Origin: Alphaproteobacteria bacterium
Lineage (GTDB): Bacteria; Pseudomonadota; Alphaproteobacteria; UBA828
NCBI GenBank assembly: GCA_963667705.1
Contig: OY763937.1
Location: 703,069-767,068, forward strand
Length of the DNA: 64,000 bases
Direction: 5' to 3'
Shown here: positions 1 to 9,556 of the stretch, piece by piece
Layout: each line of letters begins with the position of its first letter
Position numbering within the stretch: the stretch's first letter is position 1
Translations under genes and position numbers: made by a program
The notes under the pieces: model-generated
Database searches by the model: none
What the model saw: only the letters and a program-made list of their open reading frames with translations
What the model was told of the DNA's origin: nothing

Positions 1-1304
1 AGATTCCGGTGTTCTTCGCCCTCTACTACATGCTCTTCGTCACCATCGAGATGCGGCATGCGCCCTTCTTCGGCTGGATCGACGACCTCTCCGCGCCGGA
101 CCCGATGACCTTCATCACCGGCTTCGGCCTCCTCGAGTGGCCGGCGCCGGAGTTCCTGCTGGTGGGCATCTGGCCGCTCCTCTTCGGCCTTACCATGTGG
201 CTGCAGATGAAGCTCAATCCGCAGCCGATGGAGCCCATCCAGCAGAAGATCCTGATGGCGCTGCCCATCATCTTCCTCTTCCTCTTCGCGCGCTTCCCGG
301 CCGGCCTCGTGGTCTACTGGACCTGGAACAACGTGCTCTCCATCGGCCAGCAGTGGCTGATCATGCGCCGCATGGGCATCACCAAGCAGAGCCTCGCCGA
401 GGACGCCGAGAAGATCAGGAAGATCAAGGAGGCGGCGGAGAAGGGCACGCTGCTGAGGCCGAGCAAGTCCTCGCGCAAGAAGCGCGCGCGTCCGGACCCG
501 GCCAGGGAAGAGGCCCGCGCGAGCAGCGAGGGGGCATCGGCCCGTGCGGGGGCGACACAGCGCGACAGCGCCGCCCGCGCCCGCAAGTCCCAGCCCCGGA
601 GCGACGAGGCACGGCGCGACAGCGAGACGCGGCGCGACGGTGCCGCGCGCAGGGACGATGCGCCGCGCCGCAAGCCCGCGGCCTCGTCGGCGTCGGGCAG
701 CGGCAGGAAGGCGGAGGATTCGGCGCGTCCCCGGCGCAAGGCGGAGACCGGCCCGGCACCGCGCAGAAAGGGCGCCACGCGCGCGCGCGCCGCCGCCGAG
801 GGCAAGGAGGAGCGGGCAGGCAAGCGCGCCGGCCGGCAGGAGAAGACCCGCAGGGAAAGCTCTGCTGAGACCGCCAAGCGCATGGCCGCCGAGCGGGCGC
901 GGAACGCGCGGCGCAAGGCCATGGTCCGCAAGGCGAAGCAGAAGGCCGCCGCCAGCCGCCGCAAGTCGGCGCCCGGCCCGGTCCGGCCCGAGGGCTTCAT
1001 GGAGCGCCTCAAGGCGGGCCTCGGCATTCCCCCGGCCGAGGGCGCGTCCCGGCCAGCACAGGCGCCTCAGCCTGCGGCGGAGGAGAAGCCCAGGAAGTCG
1101 CGCCGGCAGCGCAAGGCCGAGCGCGCGGCCGAGCGCGGCGAGGGCGGCGGCGAGGCCCGGACCGACGCCCCTGCGGACGCGAACGCCGATGCGGCAGGCT
1201 CGGAGACGCCCGCGGACACGCCGGGCGACGGCGGCGAATGGACCAGCCAGGACCGGGCGCGGCCCCGGCGGCAGAGAACGCGGACGCGCGCCAGGCGGCG
1301 CTAG
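1..1304 (+). CDS. yidC: Membrane protein insertase YidC, 5'-truncated at window edge, with a long basic C-terminal tail
   Basis: Translation [10 protein letters not shown]...[28 protein letters not shown] matches the conserved C-terminal TM core of YidC/Oxa1. The reading frame is open from nt 3. yidC-engB synteny supports the call. About 310 in-frame codons of R/A/K/E-rich sequence follow the core. Confidence 0.9.
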   Translation, partial: IPVFFALYYMLFVTIEMRHAPFFGWIDDLSAPDPMTFITGFGLLEWPAPEFLLVGIWPLLFGLTMWLQMKLNPQPMEPIQQKILMALPIIFLFLFARFPAGLVVYWTWNNVLSIGQQWLIMRRMGITKQSLAEDAEKIRKIKEAAEKGTLLRPSKSSRKKRARPDPAREEARASSEGASARAGATQRDSAARARKSQPRSDEARRDSETRRDGAARRDDAPRRKPAASSASGSGRKAEDSARPRRKAETGPAPRRKGATRARAAAEGKEERAGKRAGRQEKTRRESSAETAKRMAAERARNARRKAMVRKAKQKAAASRRKSAPGPVRPEGFMERLKAGLGIPPAEGASRPAQAPQPAAEEKPRKSRRQRKAERAAERGEGGGEARTDAPADANADAAGSETPADTPGDGGEWTSQDRARPRRQRTRTRARRR

Positions 1305-1924
1305 AAGCAGGGCGCCTCCTCTTCGCGCGGCCCTGCCGCTTCGTCGCGGGCGTCGCCGGGCCGGAGGGGATGCCCGCGCCCGCCTCGCCTGAGATCGCCT
1401 TCGCCGGCCGCTCCAACGTCGGCAAGTCGAGCCTGGTCAACGCGCTCACCGGCCGGCGTGCGCTGGCGCGCATCTCCAACACGCCGGGGCGGACGCGGGA
1501 GCTCAACTTCTTCGACCTCGACGGCCGCCTGATGCTCGTCGACCTGCCGGGCTACGGCTACGCCGCCGCCTCGAAGACGAAGATCAGGGCCTGGACCCGG
1601 CTCGCGGACGACTACCTGCGCGGGCGGCCCTCGCTGCGGCGGGTCTGCCTGCTGCTCGACGCGCGGCGCGGCATTACCGCTGCCGACGAGCCCGTCATGG
1701 CCGCCTTCGACAGGAGCGCGGTGTCCTTCGTGGCGGTGCTCACCAAGTGCGACAAGCTTGCCGAGGAGGAACTGGCCACCCGCATCGCCGCGCTCGAGGC
1801 GGCACTCGCCGGCCACGTCGCCGCCTACCCTGCGCTGATCGCCACCAGCGCCCGCACCGGCGCCGGGATGCCTGAGCTCCGGGGCCACCTCGCGGCGCTG
1901 GCCACGGCCGAGAGAATAGGCTAG
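1238..1924 (+). CDS. engB: Ribosome biogenesis GTP-binding protein EngB/YihA
   Basis: Carries G1 [17 protein letters not shown]3 DLPGYGY and G4 TKCDK. It sits directly after yidC, as in many bacteria. The start at 1238 overlaps the yidC tail by 67 nt, and the exact start is uncertain. Confidence 0.88.
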   Translation: MDQPGPGAAPAAENADARQAALEAGRLLFARPCRFVAGVAGPEGMPAPASPEIAFAGRSNVGKSSLVNALTGRRALARISNTPGRTRELNFFDLDGRLMLVDLPGYGYAAASKTKIRAWTRLADDYLRGRPSLRRVCLLLDARRGITAADEPVMAAFDRSAVSFVAVLTKCDKLAEEELATRIAALEAALAGHVAAYPALIATSARTGAGMPELRGHLAALATAERIG

Positions 1925-1965
1925 TGAACCGCAGCCCGGCGGCGCCCGCGCGCGCGCCGGTCCCG

Positions 1966-2892
1966 ATGATCCAGCGGACACCCCACCCCGTGCAGCGCAT
2001 CAGCGACACCAAACACTTGCTGCGCACCGCGGCCACCATCTCCGAGGCGCTGCCCTACATGCGGCGCTTCGCAGGCAAGAGCCTGGTGATCAAGTACGGC
2101 GGCCATGCCATGGGCGACGAGGCGCTCGCCCGCGACTTCGCGCGCGACGTGGTGCTGCTGCGGCAGGTCGGCATCAAGCCGGTGGTGGTCCACGGCGGCG
2201 GCCCGCAGATCGCGCGGATGCTCGACCGCCTCGGCATCGAGAGCGACTTCGTCGACGGGCTCAGGGTCACCGACGCGGCGACCATCGAGGTGGTCGAGAT
2301 GGTGCTCGCCGGCACCATCAACAAGCAGATCGTGAGCACCATCAACGCCGAGGGCGGCACCGCGGTGGGGCTCAGCGGCAAGGACGGCCGCCTGATCGAG
2401 GCGGAGCCGCTGACACGGATGACGCGCGACGCCGAGACGGGCGCCGAGCGGCCGGCCGACCTCGGCTTCGTCGGCGCGCCCGGCCGCGTCAACGTGGGCC
2501 TGCTCGACCACCTGGGCGAATCCGACATCATCCCCGTCATCGCGCCCATCGGCGTCGGTGCGGGCGGCGAGACCTACAACATCAATGCCGACACTGCGGC
2601 GGGCGCCATCGCGTCGGCGCTTTCGGCCATCAAGCTGCTGCTGCTCACCGACGTCTCCGGCGTGCTCGACGGCCAGGGCGCGCTGATCAGCCAGATGACC
2701 ACGGCGGATGCAGGGCGGCTGCTCGCGAGCGGGGCGGTCAGCGGCGGCATGATCCCCAAGCTCGAGACCTGCCTCGCGGCGATCGAGCGCTCGACCGGGG
2801 CGGCGCACATCCTCGACGGCCGCGTGCCGCACGTGATCCTGCTCGAGCTCTTCACCGAGCACGGCACCGGCACCATGATCGTGCCGGAGTAG
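1966..2892 (+). CDS. argB: Acetylglutamate kinase
   Basis: Motifs [23 protein letters not shown] and [12 protein letters not shown] are present. The ORF opens at GTG 1924, but ATG 1966 gives a typical length of 308 aa. Confidence 0.9.
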   Translation: MIQRTPHPVQRISDTKHLLRTAATISEALPYMRRFAGKSLVIKYGGHAMGDEALARDFARDVVLLRQVGIKPVVVHGGGPQIARMLDRLGIESDFVDGLRVTDAATIEVVEMVLAGTINKQIVSTINAEGGTAVGLSGKDGRLIEAEPLTRMTRDAETGAERPADLGFVGAPGRVNVGLLDHLGESDIIPVIAPIGVGAGGETYNINADTAAGAIASALSAIKLLLLTDVSGVLDGQGALISQMTTADAGRLLASGAVSGGMIPKLETCLAAIERSTGAAHILDGRVPHVILLELFTEHGTGTMIVPE

Positions 2893-2904
2893 CCGGGCCG
2901 CAGG

Positions 2905-2992
2905 CCCGGCCGGCGCGACCGCGCCGGCGCGCCGAATGGCGCGTAGCCAAGCGAGCGGAGCGAGCGCCCGGCGCCTGAGGGATATGAAACAC
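2905..2992. repeat. Intergenic repeat family C, copy 1 (core gcgtagccaagcgagcggagcgagcgcccggcgcctgagggatatgaaa)
   Basis: A near-identical segment occurs in inverted orientation at about 53987..54075. Both copies give the same spurious peptide, SLRRRALAPLAWLRA, in the ORF track. Confidence 0.65.
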
Positions 2993-3065
2993 TCCTCAAC
3001 TTGACGCGGCCGGGGGGCTTGGCTATTCACGGCGGCAGGATCGCCAATCGGGAGCTTCGCCAGCC

Positions 3066-3233
3066 ATGCCCTGGGACCTAGGACTGCCGCTGCTGGTGGC
3101 GCTGGCCACTCTCATCCTCTCGCTCGGAATCTTCTGGTCGGCGAAGATGCTGCTCTTCGAGGCACGCCGGCAGGAGGGGACCGACGTGGTCGGCGACGAG
3201 GGCGTCGACGGCGGAGCCAGAGACTTCCACTGA
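3066..3233 (+). CDS. Possible 55-aa small membrane protein (too short for the ORF track)
   Basis: ATG at 3066 translates to MPWDLGLPLLVALATLILSLGIFWSAKMLLFEARRQEGTDVVGDEGVDGGARDFH with stop TGA 3231-3233. It has one hydrophobic helix followed by a charged tail. A GGGAG lies about 11 nt upstream. No homology is recognised. Confidence 0.25.
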   Translation: MPWDLGLPLLVALATLILSLGIFWSAKMLLFEARRQEGTDVVGDEGVDGGARDFH

Positions 3234-3286
3234 TCCCCGGCGACCGTCGCCGTTTTCCTGCTCCGATCCGGTAACCCCGCCCGCCG

Positions 3287-4141
3287 TCAGCCGGCCGGTT
3301 CAACCGGCACGTTGTCGATCAGCCGCGTCGTGCCGAGCCAGGCGGCGGCGAGCACCCGGGCCGGCCCCTCGACCCGCGTCACCGGCTTGAGCGTCTCGGC
3401 GTCGCAGACCGCGAGATAGTCGATGCGGCCGAAGCCTGCGGCCTCCAGCGCGGCGATGCCGCGCACGACCTCGTCCGTCGCCGCGCCGCCGGCCGCGAGC
3501 GCTGCCGCCATGTCGCTCAGCACCCGGAAGAGGGCGGGCGCCACCCGGCGCTCGTCGGTCGAGAGATAGGCGTTGCGGGACGAGAGCGCGAGGCCGTCGG
3601 CCGCGCGCACCGTGGGCACCGCCTCGATGCGGCAGGGAATGTCGAGGTCGGCGACCAGGCGGCGCACCGTGGCGAGCTGCTGGTAGTCCTTCTCGCCGAA
3701 GTACGCGGCATCGGGCAGGCACTGGAGCAGCAGCTTGGTGACGACGGTGGCGACGCCAGCGAAGAAGTGGGGCCGGGCGGCGCTTTCCAGCCCGGCGGTG
3801 ACGCCGTCTACGCGCACCGCGGTGGCGAAGCCCGGCGGGTAGACCGCGTCCACGGGCGGCATGAACACCGCGTCTGCCCCGGCCTCCGCGAGCTTGGCGA
3901 GGTCGTCTGCCGCCGAGCGCGGGTAGCTGGAGAAATCCTCGTTCGGCGCGAACTGGGCCGGGTTGACGAAGAGGCTTACCACCGTGCGCCCGGCCGCGGC
4001 CCGGGCAGCGTGGACCAGGGCCATGTGGCCCGCGTGCAGCGCCCCCATGGTGGGGACGAGGGCGACGCTCGACCCCTCGGCCCGCCAGCCGGCGACCGTC
4101 TCGCGCAGGCTAGCGACACTCTCGAGAACGTGCGGCTTCAT
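3287..4141 (-). CDS. panC: Pantoate--beta-alanine ligase
   Basis: VALVPTMGALHAGHMALV (HIGH-like motif) and overall PanC architecture. It lies adjacent to panB. Confidence 0.95.
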   Translation of the reverse strand: MKPHVLESVASLRETVAGWRAEGSSVALVPTMGALHAGHMALVHAARAAAGRTVVSLFVNPAQFAPNEDFSSYPRSAADDLAKLAEAGADAVFMPPVDAVYPPGFATAVRVDGVTAGLESAARPHFFAGVATVVTKLLLQCLPDAAYFGEKDYQQLATVRRLVADLDIPCRIEAVPTVRAADGLALSSRNAYLSTDERRVAPALFRVLSDMAAALAAGGAATDEVVRGIAALEAAGFGRIDYLAVCDAETLKPVTRVEGPARVLAAAWLGTTRLIDNVPVEPAG

Positions 4142-4196
4142 CGACCGCTCGCGTATCGAAGGGCGGTCTTCCGAGGGAGCCCGCTCGGCGCTCCGC

Positions 4197-5039
4197 TCAG
4201 GCCTTGGACTCCGCCTTGGGCGGTGCCGGGTTTGCCGTGTGCTCGGGCCCCGGGAAGCGCCGGGCGCGCACGTCCGCGGCGTAGTCCTGCACCGCGCCCG
4301 CGAGGCCGCCGCCGAGGTTCGCGTAGCGCTTGACGAAGCGGGGCGTGAAGGCGCCGCCGAGGCCCGCGATATCCTCGGTCACCAGGATCTGCCCGTCGCA
4401 GGCCGGTGAGGCGCCGATGCCGATGGTGGGCACCGCAAGCTCCTGCGTGAGCGTGCGCGAGAGCAGCTCGACCGTGTTCTCGATGACGACGCCGAAGGCG
4501 CCGGCGGCCTCCACCGCGCGCGCATCGGCGAGGATGCGCCGCGCGCTCTCCTCGGTCCTGCCCTGAACCCGGAAGCCGCCGGCCGCGTTGACCGACTGCG
4601 GCATCAGCCCGACATGGCCGAGCACGGGCACGCCGCGCGCGGTCAGGAAGTCGATGGTCTCCGCCATCTCCTCCCCGCCCTCGAGCTTGACCGCGGCGCA
4701 GCCGGTCTCGGCCAGGACGCGCGCGGCGGTGGCGAAGGCCTGGGCGGGCGATTGCTCGTACGAGCCGAAGGGCAGGTCGACGACGATGCAGGCGCGCCTG
4801 GTGGCGCGCACCACGGCATGGCCGTGGGCGACCATGGTGTCCACAGAGACACCCACGGTCGAATCCATCCCGTAGAGCACCATGCCGAGCGAATCGCCCA
4901 CGAGGATGAGGTCGCAGGCCTCGTCGACGATGCGCGCGACGGGCGCCGTGTAGGCGGTCAGGCAGACGATCGGCTCGCCTCCCTTGGCGCGGGCGATATC
5001 GCGGACGGTGAGTCGCCTGTCCTGGCTGCGATCGGGCAT
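4197..5039 (-). CDS. panB: 3-methyl-2-oxobutanoate hydroxymethyltransferase
   Basis: [31 protein letters not shown] and [10 protein letters not shown] are PanB motifs. A GGGAG RBS lies 8 nt upstream of the ATG. Confidence 0.95.
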   Translation of the reverse strand: MPDRSQDRRLTVRDIARAKGGEPIVCLTAYTAPVARIVDEACDLILVGDSLGMVLYGMDSTVGVSVDTMVAHGHAVVRATRRACIVVDLPFGSYEQSPAQAFATAARVLAETGCAAVKLEGGEEMAETIDFLTARGVPVLGHVGLMPQSVNAAGGFRVQGRTEESARRILADARAVEAAGAFGVVIENTVELLSRTLTQELAVPTIGIGASPACDGQILVTEDIAGLGGAFTPRFVKRYANLGGGLAGAVQDYAADVRARRFPGPEHTANPAPPKAESKA

Positions 5040-5116
5040 CTCACTGCTCCCTGGCGAGGCCCTGCGGGCGGCCCTTGGCCGTCCCGGTGCGCTATGCTGC
5101 GCCGCAACAAGAGTTC

Positions 5117-5144
5117 ATTGTAACAGACTCAATGCGATTGTTAA
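5117..5144 (-). promoter_or_regulatory. Candidate sigma70 promoter for panBC (TTAACA-N16-TACAAT on the minus strand)
   Basis: Lies in an AT-richer island. The reverse complement of 5139-5144 is TTAACA and of 5117-5122 is TACAAT. It sits about 75 nt upstream of the panB ATG. Confidence 0.4.
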
Positions 5145-5180
5145 CGTTTTGCTGCATCGCAATATGACCCTCCCGGCGCC

Positions 5181-5498
5181 TCAATTGACGCTGCGGAGGC
5201 TGCGGTAGCGGCCCTTCTCGAAGCTGCCGAAGAGATGCTCCAGCAGCCGGTGGCGAATGGGGCCGCCGTCCGGGTCGGCTTCCAGGTGGCGCTCGGCAAC
5301 GTAGGTGGTGTGCGCGGCCTCGTCGACCAGCACGTGGTACCAGGGTCTTTCCTTGGGCGGGCGCGAGCGCGCGACCTGCTCGTACCACTCCTCGGTGCCC
5401 TGGAAGCTCGGGTCGACATCGAAGACCACGCCGCGGTAGCCGAACTTCAGGTGGTGAACGAGCTGGCCCACCTCGAACTTCGCGGCGCTCACCGTCAT
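5181..5498 (-). CDS. hspQ: Heat shock protein HspQ / hemimethylated-DNA-binding YccV-like protein
   Basis: KFEVGQLVHHLKFGYRGVVFDVDP...PWYHVLVDE...TYVAERHLE matches the YccV/HspQ domain. Length is 105 aa. Confidence 0.85.
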   Translation of the reverse strand: MTVSAAKFEVGQLVHHLKFGYRGVVFDVDPSFQGTEEWYEQVARSRPPKERPWYHVLVDEAAHTTYVAERHLEADPDGGPIRHRLLEHLFGSFEKGRYRSLRSVN

Positions 5499-5593
5499 GG
5501 CTGGCCTCCCGCGCCTGCGGCCCCCGCCCGCGCGTCATACTCGGGCGCTGTCGGGTCGCCACTATAGTGCGGGCCGCTCACCGCCGCGACCCG

Positions 5594-6118
5594 TCATCCG
5601 TCGCCGAAGACGTCGACGACGACGGCCCGGTACATGTCCCGCGCCGCTGCGCCGAAGCAGGCGAAGGTGACCGTCTCGAGCGGACTCCCGCCTTCGAGGT
5701 GCGTCCTGGCCTCGCTCACGGCGATGCGGGTCGCCCCGTCCAGGGGGTAGCCGTAGACGCCGGTGCTGATCGCGGGGAAGGCGATCGACGCGATCCCTTT
5801 CTCGCCGGCGATCTCGAAGCAGCGGCGGTAGCAGCCGGCGAGCAGCGCGGGTTCGCCGCTGTCGCCGCCCTGCCACACCGGCCCCACCGTGTGGATCACG
5901 TAGCGCGCCGGCAGGTCGTATCCGCCGGTGAGCTTGGCGTCCCCGGTCTCGCAGCCGCCGAGCGTGCGGCACTCCTCGAGCAAGCGCGGGCCCGCGGCGC
6001 GGTGGATGGCGCCGTCCACGCCCCCGCCGCCGAGCAGCGTGTTGTTGGCCGCGTTGACGATGGCACCGACCGCGAGCGTCGTGATGTCGCCCTCGAAGAC
6101 CTCGATCCGTTCGCGCAT
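5594..6118 (-). CDS. Macro-domain protein (O-acetyl-ADP-ribose deacetylase, YmdB-like)
   Basis: [34 protein letters not shown] and [14 protein letters not shown] are macro-domain signatures. Confidence 0.85.
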   Translation of the reverse strand: MRERIEVFEGDITTLAVGAIVNAANNTLLGGGGVDGAIHRAAGPRLLEECRTLGGCETGDAKLTGGYDLPARYVIHTVGPVWQGGDSGEPALLAGCYRRCFEIAGEKGIASIAFPAISTGVYGYPLDGATRIAVSEARTHLEGGSPLETVTFACFGAAARDMYRAVVVDVFGDG

Positions 6119-6140
6119 CCCGGGTCTTCCCTCGGGTCCC

Positions 6141-7127
6141 CTACCGCCCTGCGGCGGCGGCCGGGGTGGAAAAGCGGTCGCGGTCGTGCGGGCGCGTGAA
6201 GTCGAGCTCCGGCCCCTTGGGCACGATGCGGGTGGGATTGATGTTCGCGTGGCTCCGGTAGTAGTGCCCCTTGATGTGCGCCATGTTCACCGTGCCGGCG
6301 ATGCCCGGCTGCTGGTAGAGGTCGCGCAGGTAGTTGCTCAGGTTGGGGTAGTCCTCGATGCGGCGCTTGTTGCATTTGAAGTGCCCGACGTAGACGGCAT
6401 CGAAGCGCACCAGGGTGGGGAAGAGGCGCCAGTCCGCCTCGGTGATGCGGTCTCCGGCGAGATAGCGGCGTGCGCCGAGCCGCGCCTCCAGCGCATCGAG
6501 AGTCGCGAAGAGCGCGTCGAAGGCCTCCTCGTAGGCCGCCTGCGTCCGCGCGAAGCCGGTCTTGTAGACGCCGTTGTTGACGTGCTCGTAGATCGGCTCG
6601 TTGATCGCGTCGATCTCGTCCCTGAGCGCCGCCGGGTAGAGGTCCGGCTCGCCCTCGCCCCAGGCGTTGAACTCGGTGTTGAGCATGCGGACGATCTCGG
6701 CGGATTCGTTGTTGACGATGGTTCCCTCGCGCCTGTCCCAGAGCACCGGCACCGAGACGCGCCCGCTGAAGTCGTCCTGCGCCAGCTTGTAGACCTCGCG
6801 CAGGAAGCGGGCGCCGTTGACGCTGTCGGGGATGCAGCCGGGCTCGTCGCCGAACTCCCATCCCTCGTCGTTCATGGAGGGCGCCACCACGGAGACGGAG
6901 ATCACGTCCTCCAGCCTGCGCAGCGCGCGCAGGATCATGGTGCGGTGGGCCCAGGGGCAGGCGTGCGCCACGTAGAGGTGATAGCGCCCCGGCTCGGCCC
7001 TGAATCCGGAGGAGCCGTCGGCGGTGACGGCGTTGCGGAAGCTGGTCGTGGCTCGCACGAAGCGGCCGTCCGCTGCGGCCCTGTCGCCTTCGTCCCTGTG
7101 CCAGACACCCTCGATCATCCTGCCCAT
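6141..7127 (-). CDS. yqjG: Xi-class glutathione transferase / glutathionyl-hydroquinone reductase (YqjG-like)
   Basis: CPWAHR active-site motif ([14 protein letters not shown]), 328 aa. The start ATG at 7127 was read from the sequence. The 685-aa track ORF is an artefactual upstream extension. Confidence 0.85.
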   Translation of the reverse strand: MGRMIEGVWHRDEGDRAAADGRFVRATTSFRNAVTADGSSGFRAEPGRYHLYVAHACPWAHRTMILRALRRLEDVISVSVVAPSMNDEGWEFGDEPGCIPDSVNGARFLREVYKLAQDDFSGRVSVPVLWDRREGTIVNNESAEIVRMLNTEFNAWGEGEPDLYPAALRDEIDAINEPIYEHVNNGVYKTGFARTQAAYEEAFDALFATLDALEARLGARRYLAGDRITEADWRLFPTLVRFDAVYVGHFKCNKRRIEDYPNLSNYLRDLYQQPGIAGTVNMAHIKGHYYRSHANINPTRIVPKGPELDFTRPHDRDRFSTPAAAAGR

Positions 7128-7141
7128 GGTCCGGACTCCCG

Positions 7142-8182
7142 CTAGCGGCGCGTGGTAGACGAGGCGGGCGGCGGCGCCATCGGCGCTGGCGGTGCAGCGC
7201 CCGACCGCCCCCGGATGCGGGACAGCAGGTTCTTCCCTTCGGCGACCTGCCAGGCCAGAAGGCCGGGAACGCCGATCACCAGCTCGCGCACCCGCTTGAC
7301 CAGGGAGAGCGCGAGCGCCACCTCGGGCCCGAGGCCCACCACCCCGCCCAGCAGCACGAGCACGCCCTCCTGCACGCCGAGCGCGCCCGGCACGAAGAAC
7401 GCGGCGGTGCGTGTCGCCAGGATCAGGCTCTCCAGCAGCAGCGCGTCGGCGATGGTGACCTCGTAGCCCATGAAGTAGAGCGCGGCGTAGATCTCGGCCG
7501 CGCCCAGCACCCAGGCGGCGAGCTGGCCGACCGCGTTCCCCGCCAGCAGCCAGCGCCGCCGATAGAGCTCGAGGATCGCCTCGTCCAGCGCCTGGGCGCC
7601 GCCGATGGCGCTGTCCCAGGCCCGGCCCTTGGCGAAGCGGGCGACGAGGCCGATGATCCAGCCGAAGAGGCCGCGCTGCTGGAAGACGCAGAGCAGGATG
7701 ACGACGACGAAGCCGCCGGCGACGCAGAAGCCGATGGCGCGGGCGATGTCGCTCTCGCCATAGCGCGACATCAGCAGGCCGATGCCTACCAGGGTGAAGA
7801 GCAGCATGGTGATGGTGCTGAGCGTGAGGTCGACGACGACGCTCGCGCCCGCGGCGCGTCCCGGCACGCCCCGCATGACCATCAGCCGCGAGCGCACCAC
7901 CGCGCCGCCCACCTGGAACGCCGGCACCAGCGTGTTGACCGCCTCCCCGATCCAGCGCGCCCAGAGCGCGGTCAGCACCGGCGGGCGGTGCTCCTTGAGG
8001 AAGAGCAGGCGCCAGACGTAGCCGTCCAGCATGATGGGCACGAGGCGCACCAGCACGACCACGACGATGCCCCAGCTCACCGCGGCGACGGTGGCCGCCA
8101 CGTCGCCGGCGCCCTGGTAGCAGACCAGCGCGATGACCAGCGCGATGCCGACGATGAGTGCGATATAACCCCAGCGCCTCAC
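7142..8182 (-). CDS. Polytopic membrane protein, lysylphosphatidylglycerol-synthase-TM / flippase-like (UPF0104) family
   Basis: 346 aa with about 8 hydrophobic segments. The TLVPAFQVGGAVVRSRL and FFVPGALGVQEG patterns are typical of that family, as recalled from memory. Function is unknown. Confidence 0.65.
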   Translation of the reverse strand: MRRWGYIALIVGIALVIALVCYQGAGDVAATVAAVSWGIVVVVLVRLVPIMLDGYVWRLLFLKEHRPPVLTALWARWIGEAVNTLVPAFQVGGAVVRSRLMVMRGVPGRAAGASVVVDLTLSTITMLLFTLVGIGLLMSRYGESDIARAIGFCVAGGFVVVILLCVFQQRGLFGWIIGLVARFAKGRAWDSAIGGAQALDEAILELYRRRWLLAGNAVGQLAAWVLGAAEIYAALYFMGYEVTIADALLLESLILATRTAAFFVPGALGVQEGVLVLLGGVVGLGPEVALALSLVKRVRELVIGVPGLLAWQVAEGKNLLSRIRGRSGAAPPAPMAPPPASSTTRR

Positions 8183-8303
8183 CCGCGATCCCTTTCATCA
8201 GGACGAGTGCAAGCTCGCCCCCGCATGGCCGGGGCGCATGCCATTATAGCGGCCCGGCCGTTCATGGCCCCCGCCATTGTTCCGGCCGGCCGGGCGTGGG
8301 CGC

Positions 8304-9530
8304 CTACGACGGCCCGAGCAGCTCCGCCGGCGCCCGCTGGAAGGTCATGCGCCCGCGCTTGAAGCCGTAGAGCGCAGGTGCGATCGCCGCCACCGCCTCA
8401 GCCGGATCCGCCGCGTCGAGGACCACGAGGTCGGCCGCCTTGCCCGGCGCGATGCCGTAGTCGTCGCGGCCGAGGATGCGGGCCGAGCGCCGCGTGATCA
8501 TGTCGAAGCAGTCGAGCATCTCCGAACGCGCACCCACGTGGGCCACGTTGGCGTAGAGGTTCGCCATGCGCACCAGCGAGCAGTCGCCGAAGGGGGTGAA
8601 GGGGTTGAGCACGTTGTTGGAGGAGAGCGAGCAGTTGACGCCGTGGCCGAGCAGCCGGTGCGCAGGTGTGACCCCGCGCCGCACGTTGGCCTCGTCCTCC
8701 CGCCCCATGAGGAAGAGATCGGTCGCCGGCAGCACGGTGCAAGCGACCCCGGCGTCCGCCATGCGCCCGGCCACCTGCGCCAGATGCTCCGGCGCCGCCG
8801 CCGAGAGCTTGGTGACGTGGCCGACCGTGACCCGTCCGCCCCAGCCGAGGCGCTCGGCGAGCCGGCACACCTGGTCGAGGTCGAGCTGCGTCGCGCTCTC
8901 GCCGAAGTCGAGGTGCATGTCGATGTCGACGTCGAAGCGTCGAGCGAGCTCGAACACGCGGTCGATCTGGCCGGCGGGGTCGCTGTCGGTGTAGGGGGCG
9001 GCGCCGACGACGCGGGCGCCGCGCTCCAGCGCCTCGACCATCAGTGCGTCGGTGCCCGGGTTGTTGAGCAGCCCCTCCTGCGGGAAGACGCAGATCTCCA
9101 GGTCGATGGCCCAGCGGTAGTCATCGATCAGCGGCAGCACGCCCTCGAAGCCGCGCATGCCGATGCCGGGGTCGACCTCCAGGTGGGTGCGCATGTGGGT
9201 CGTGCCCTGGGCGATGCAGGCGTCGAGCACACGGCGCGCCCGCGCGTTCACGTCGTCGGCCGTGAAGTCCCGCTTGACCCGCGCCACCTCGTCGATGGCC
9301 TCGGCGAGGTCGCCCGTCTCGGCGCGGCAGCGGTCGAGGATGCAGGCCTTGTCGAGGTGGATGTGGGTCTCGATGAAGCCGGGCGCCACCAGGCGGCCGT
9401 CGAGATCCAGCACCGGCGTCTCCGTCTCGATGCGGGGCGCGATCTCGGCGATGCGTTCGTCCGCGATGCCGATGTCGAGCCTGGCGCCGTCGCCGCCGGC
9501 GACGAGCGCACCGCGCAGGATCAGGTCCAT
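8304..9530 (-). CDS. Amidohydrolase of the cytosine deaminase (CodA/AtzC/creatinine deaminase) family
   Basis: GFIETHIHLDKA (HxH), THMRTHLEVD, ICVFPQEG and HLDF align with E. coli CodA as I recall it. It is 408 aa, with the ATG at 9530 lying 26 nt downstream of the ureC stop. It is only the 3' part of the 1494-aa track ORF. Confidence 0.8.
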   Translation of the reverse strand: MDLILRGALVAGGDGARLDIGIADERIAEIAPRIETETPVLDLDGRLVAPGFIETHIHLDKACILDRCRAETGDLAEAIDEVARVKRDFTADDVNARARRVLDACIAQGTTHMRTHLEVDPGIGMRGFEGVLPLIDDYRWAIDLEICVFPQEGLLNNPGTDALMVEALERGARVVGAAPYTDSDPAGQIDRVFELARRFDVDIDMHLDFGESATQLDLDQVCRLAERLGWGGRVTVGHVTKLSAAAPEHLAQVAGRMADAGVACTVLPATDLFLMGREDEANVRRGVTPAHRLLGHGVNCSLSSNNVLNPFTPFGDCSLVRMANLYANVAHVGARSEMLDCFDMITRRSARILGRDDYGIAPGKAADLVVLDAADPAEAVAAIAPALYGFKRGRMTFQRAPAELLGPS

Positions 9531-9556
9531 CGCCCGGCCGCTCGCGCGCCCGCGCC

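Noticed and set aside
375-1304. The YidC tail as a separate gene or as pure non-coding spacer
   Set aside because: No stop codon separates it from the YidC core, and no independent start with an RBS is evident. An undetected frameshift cannot be excluded from the sequence alone, so it is kept as a finding rather than dismissed.
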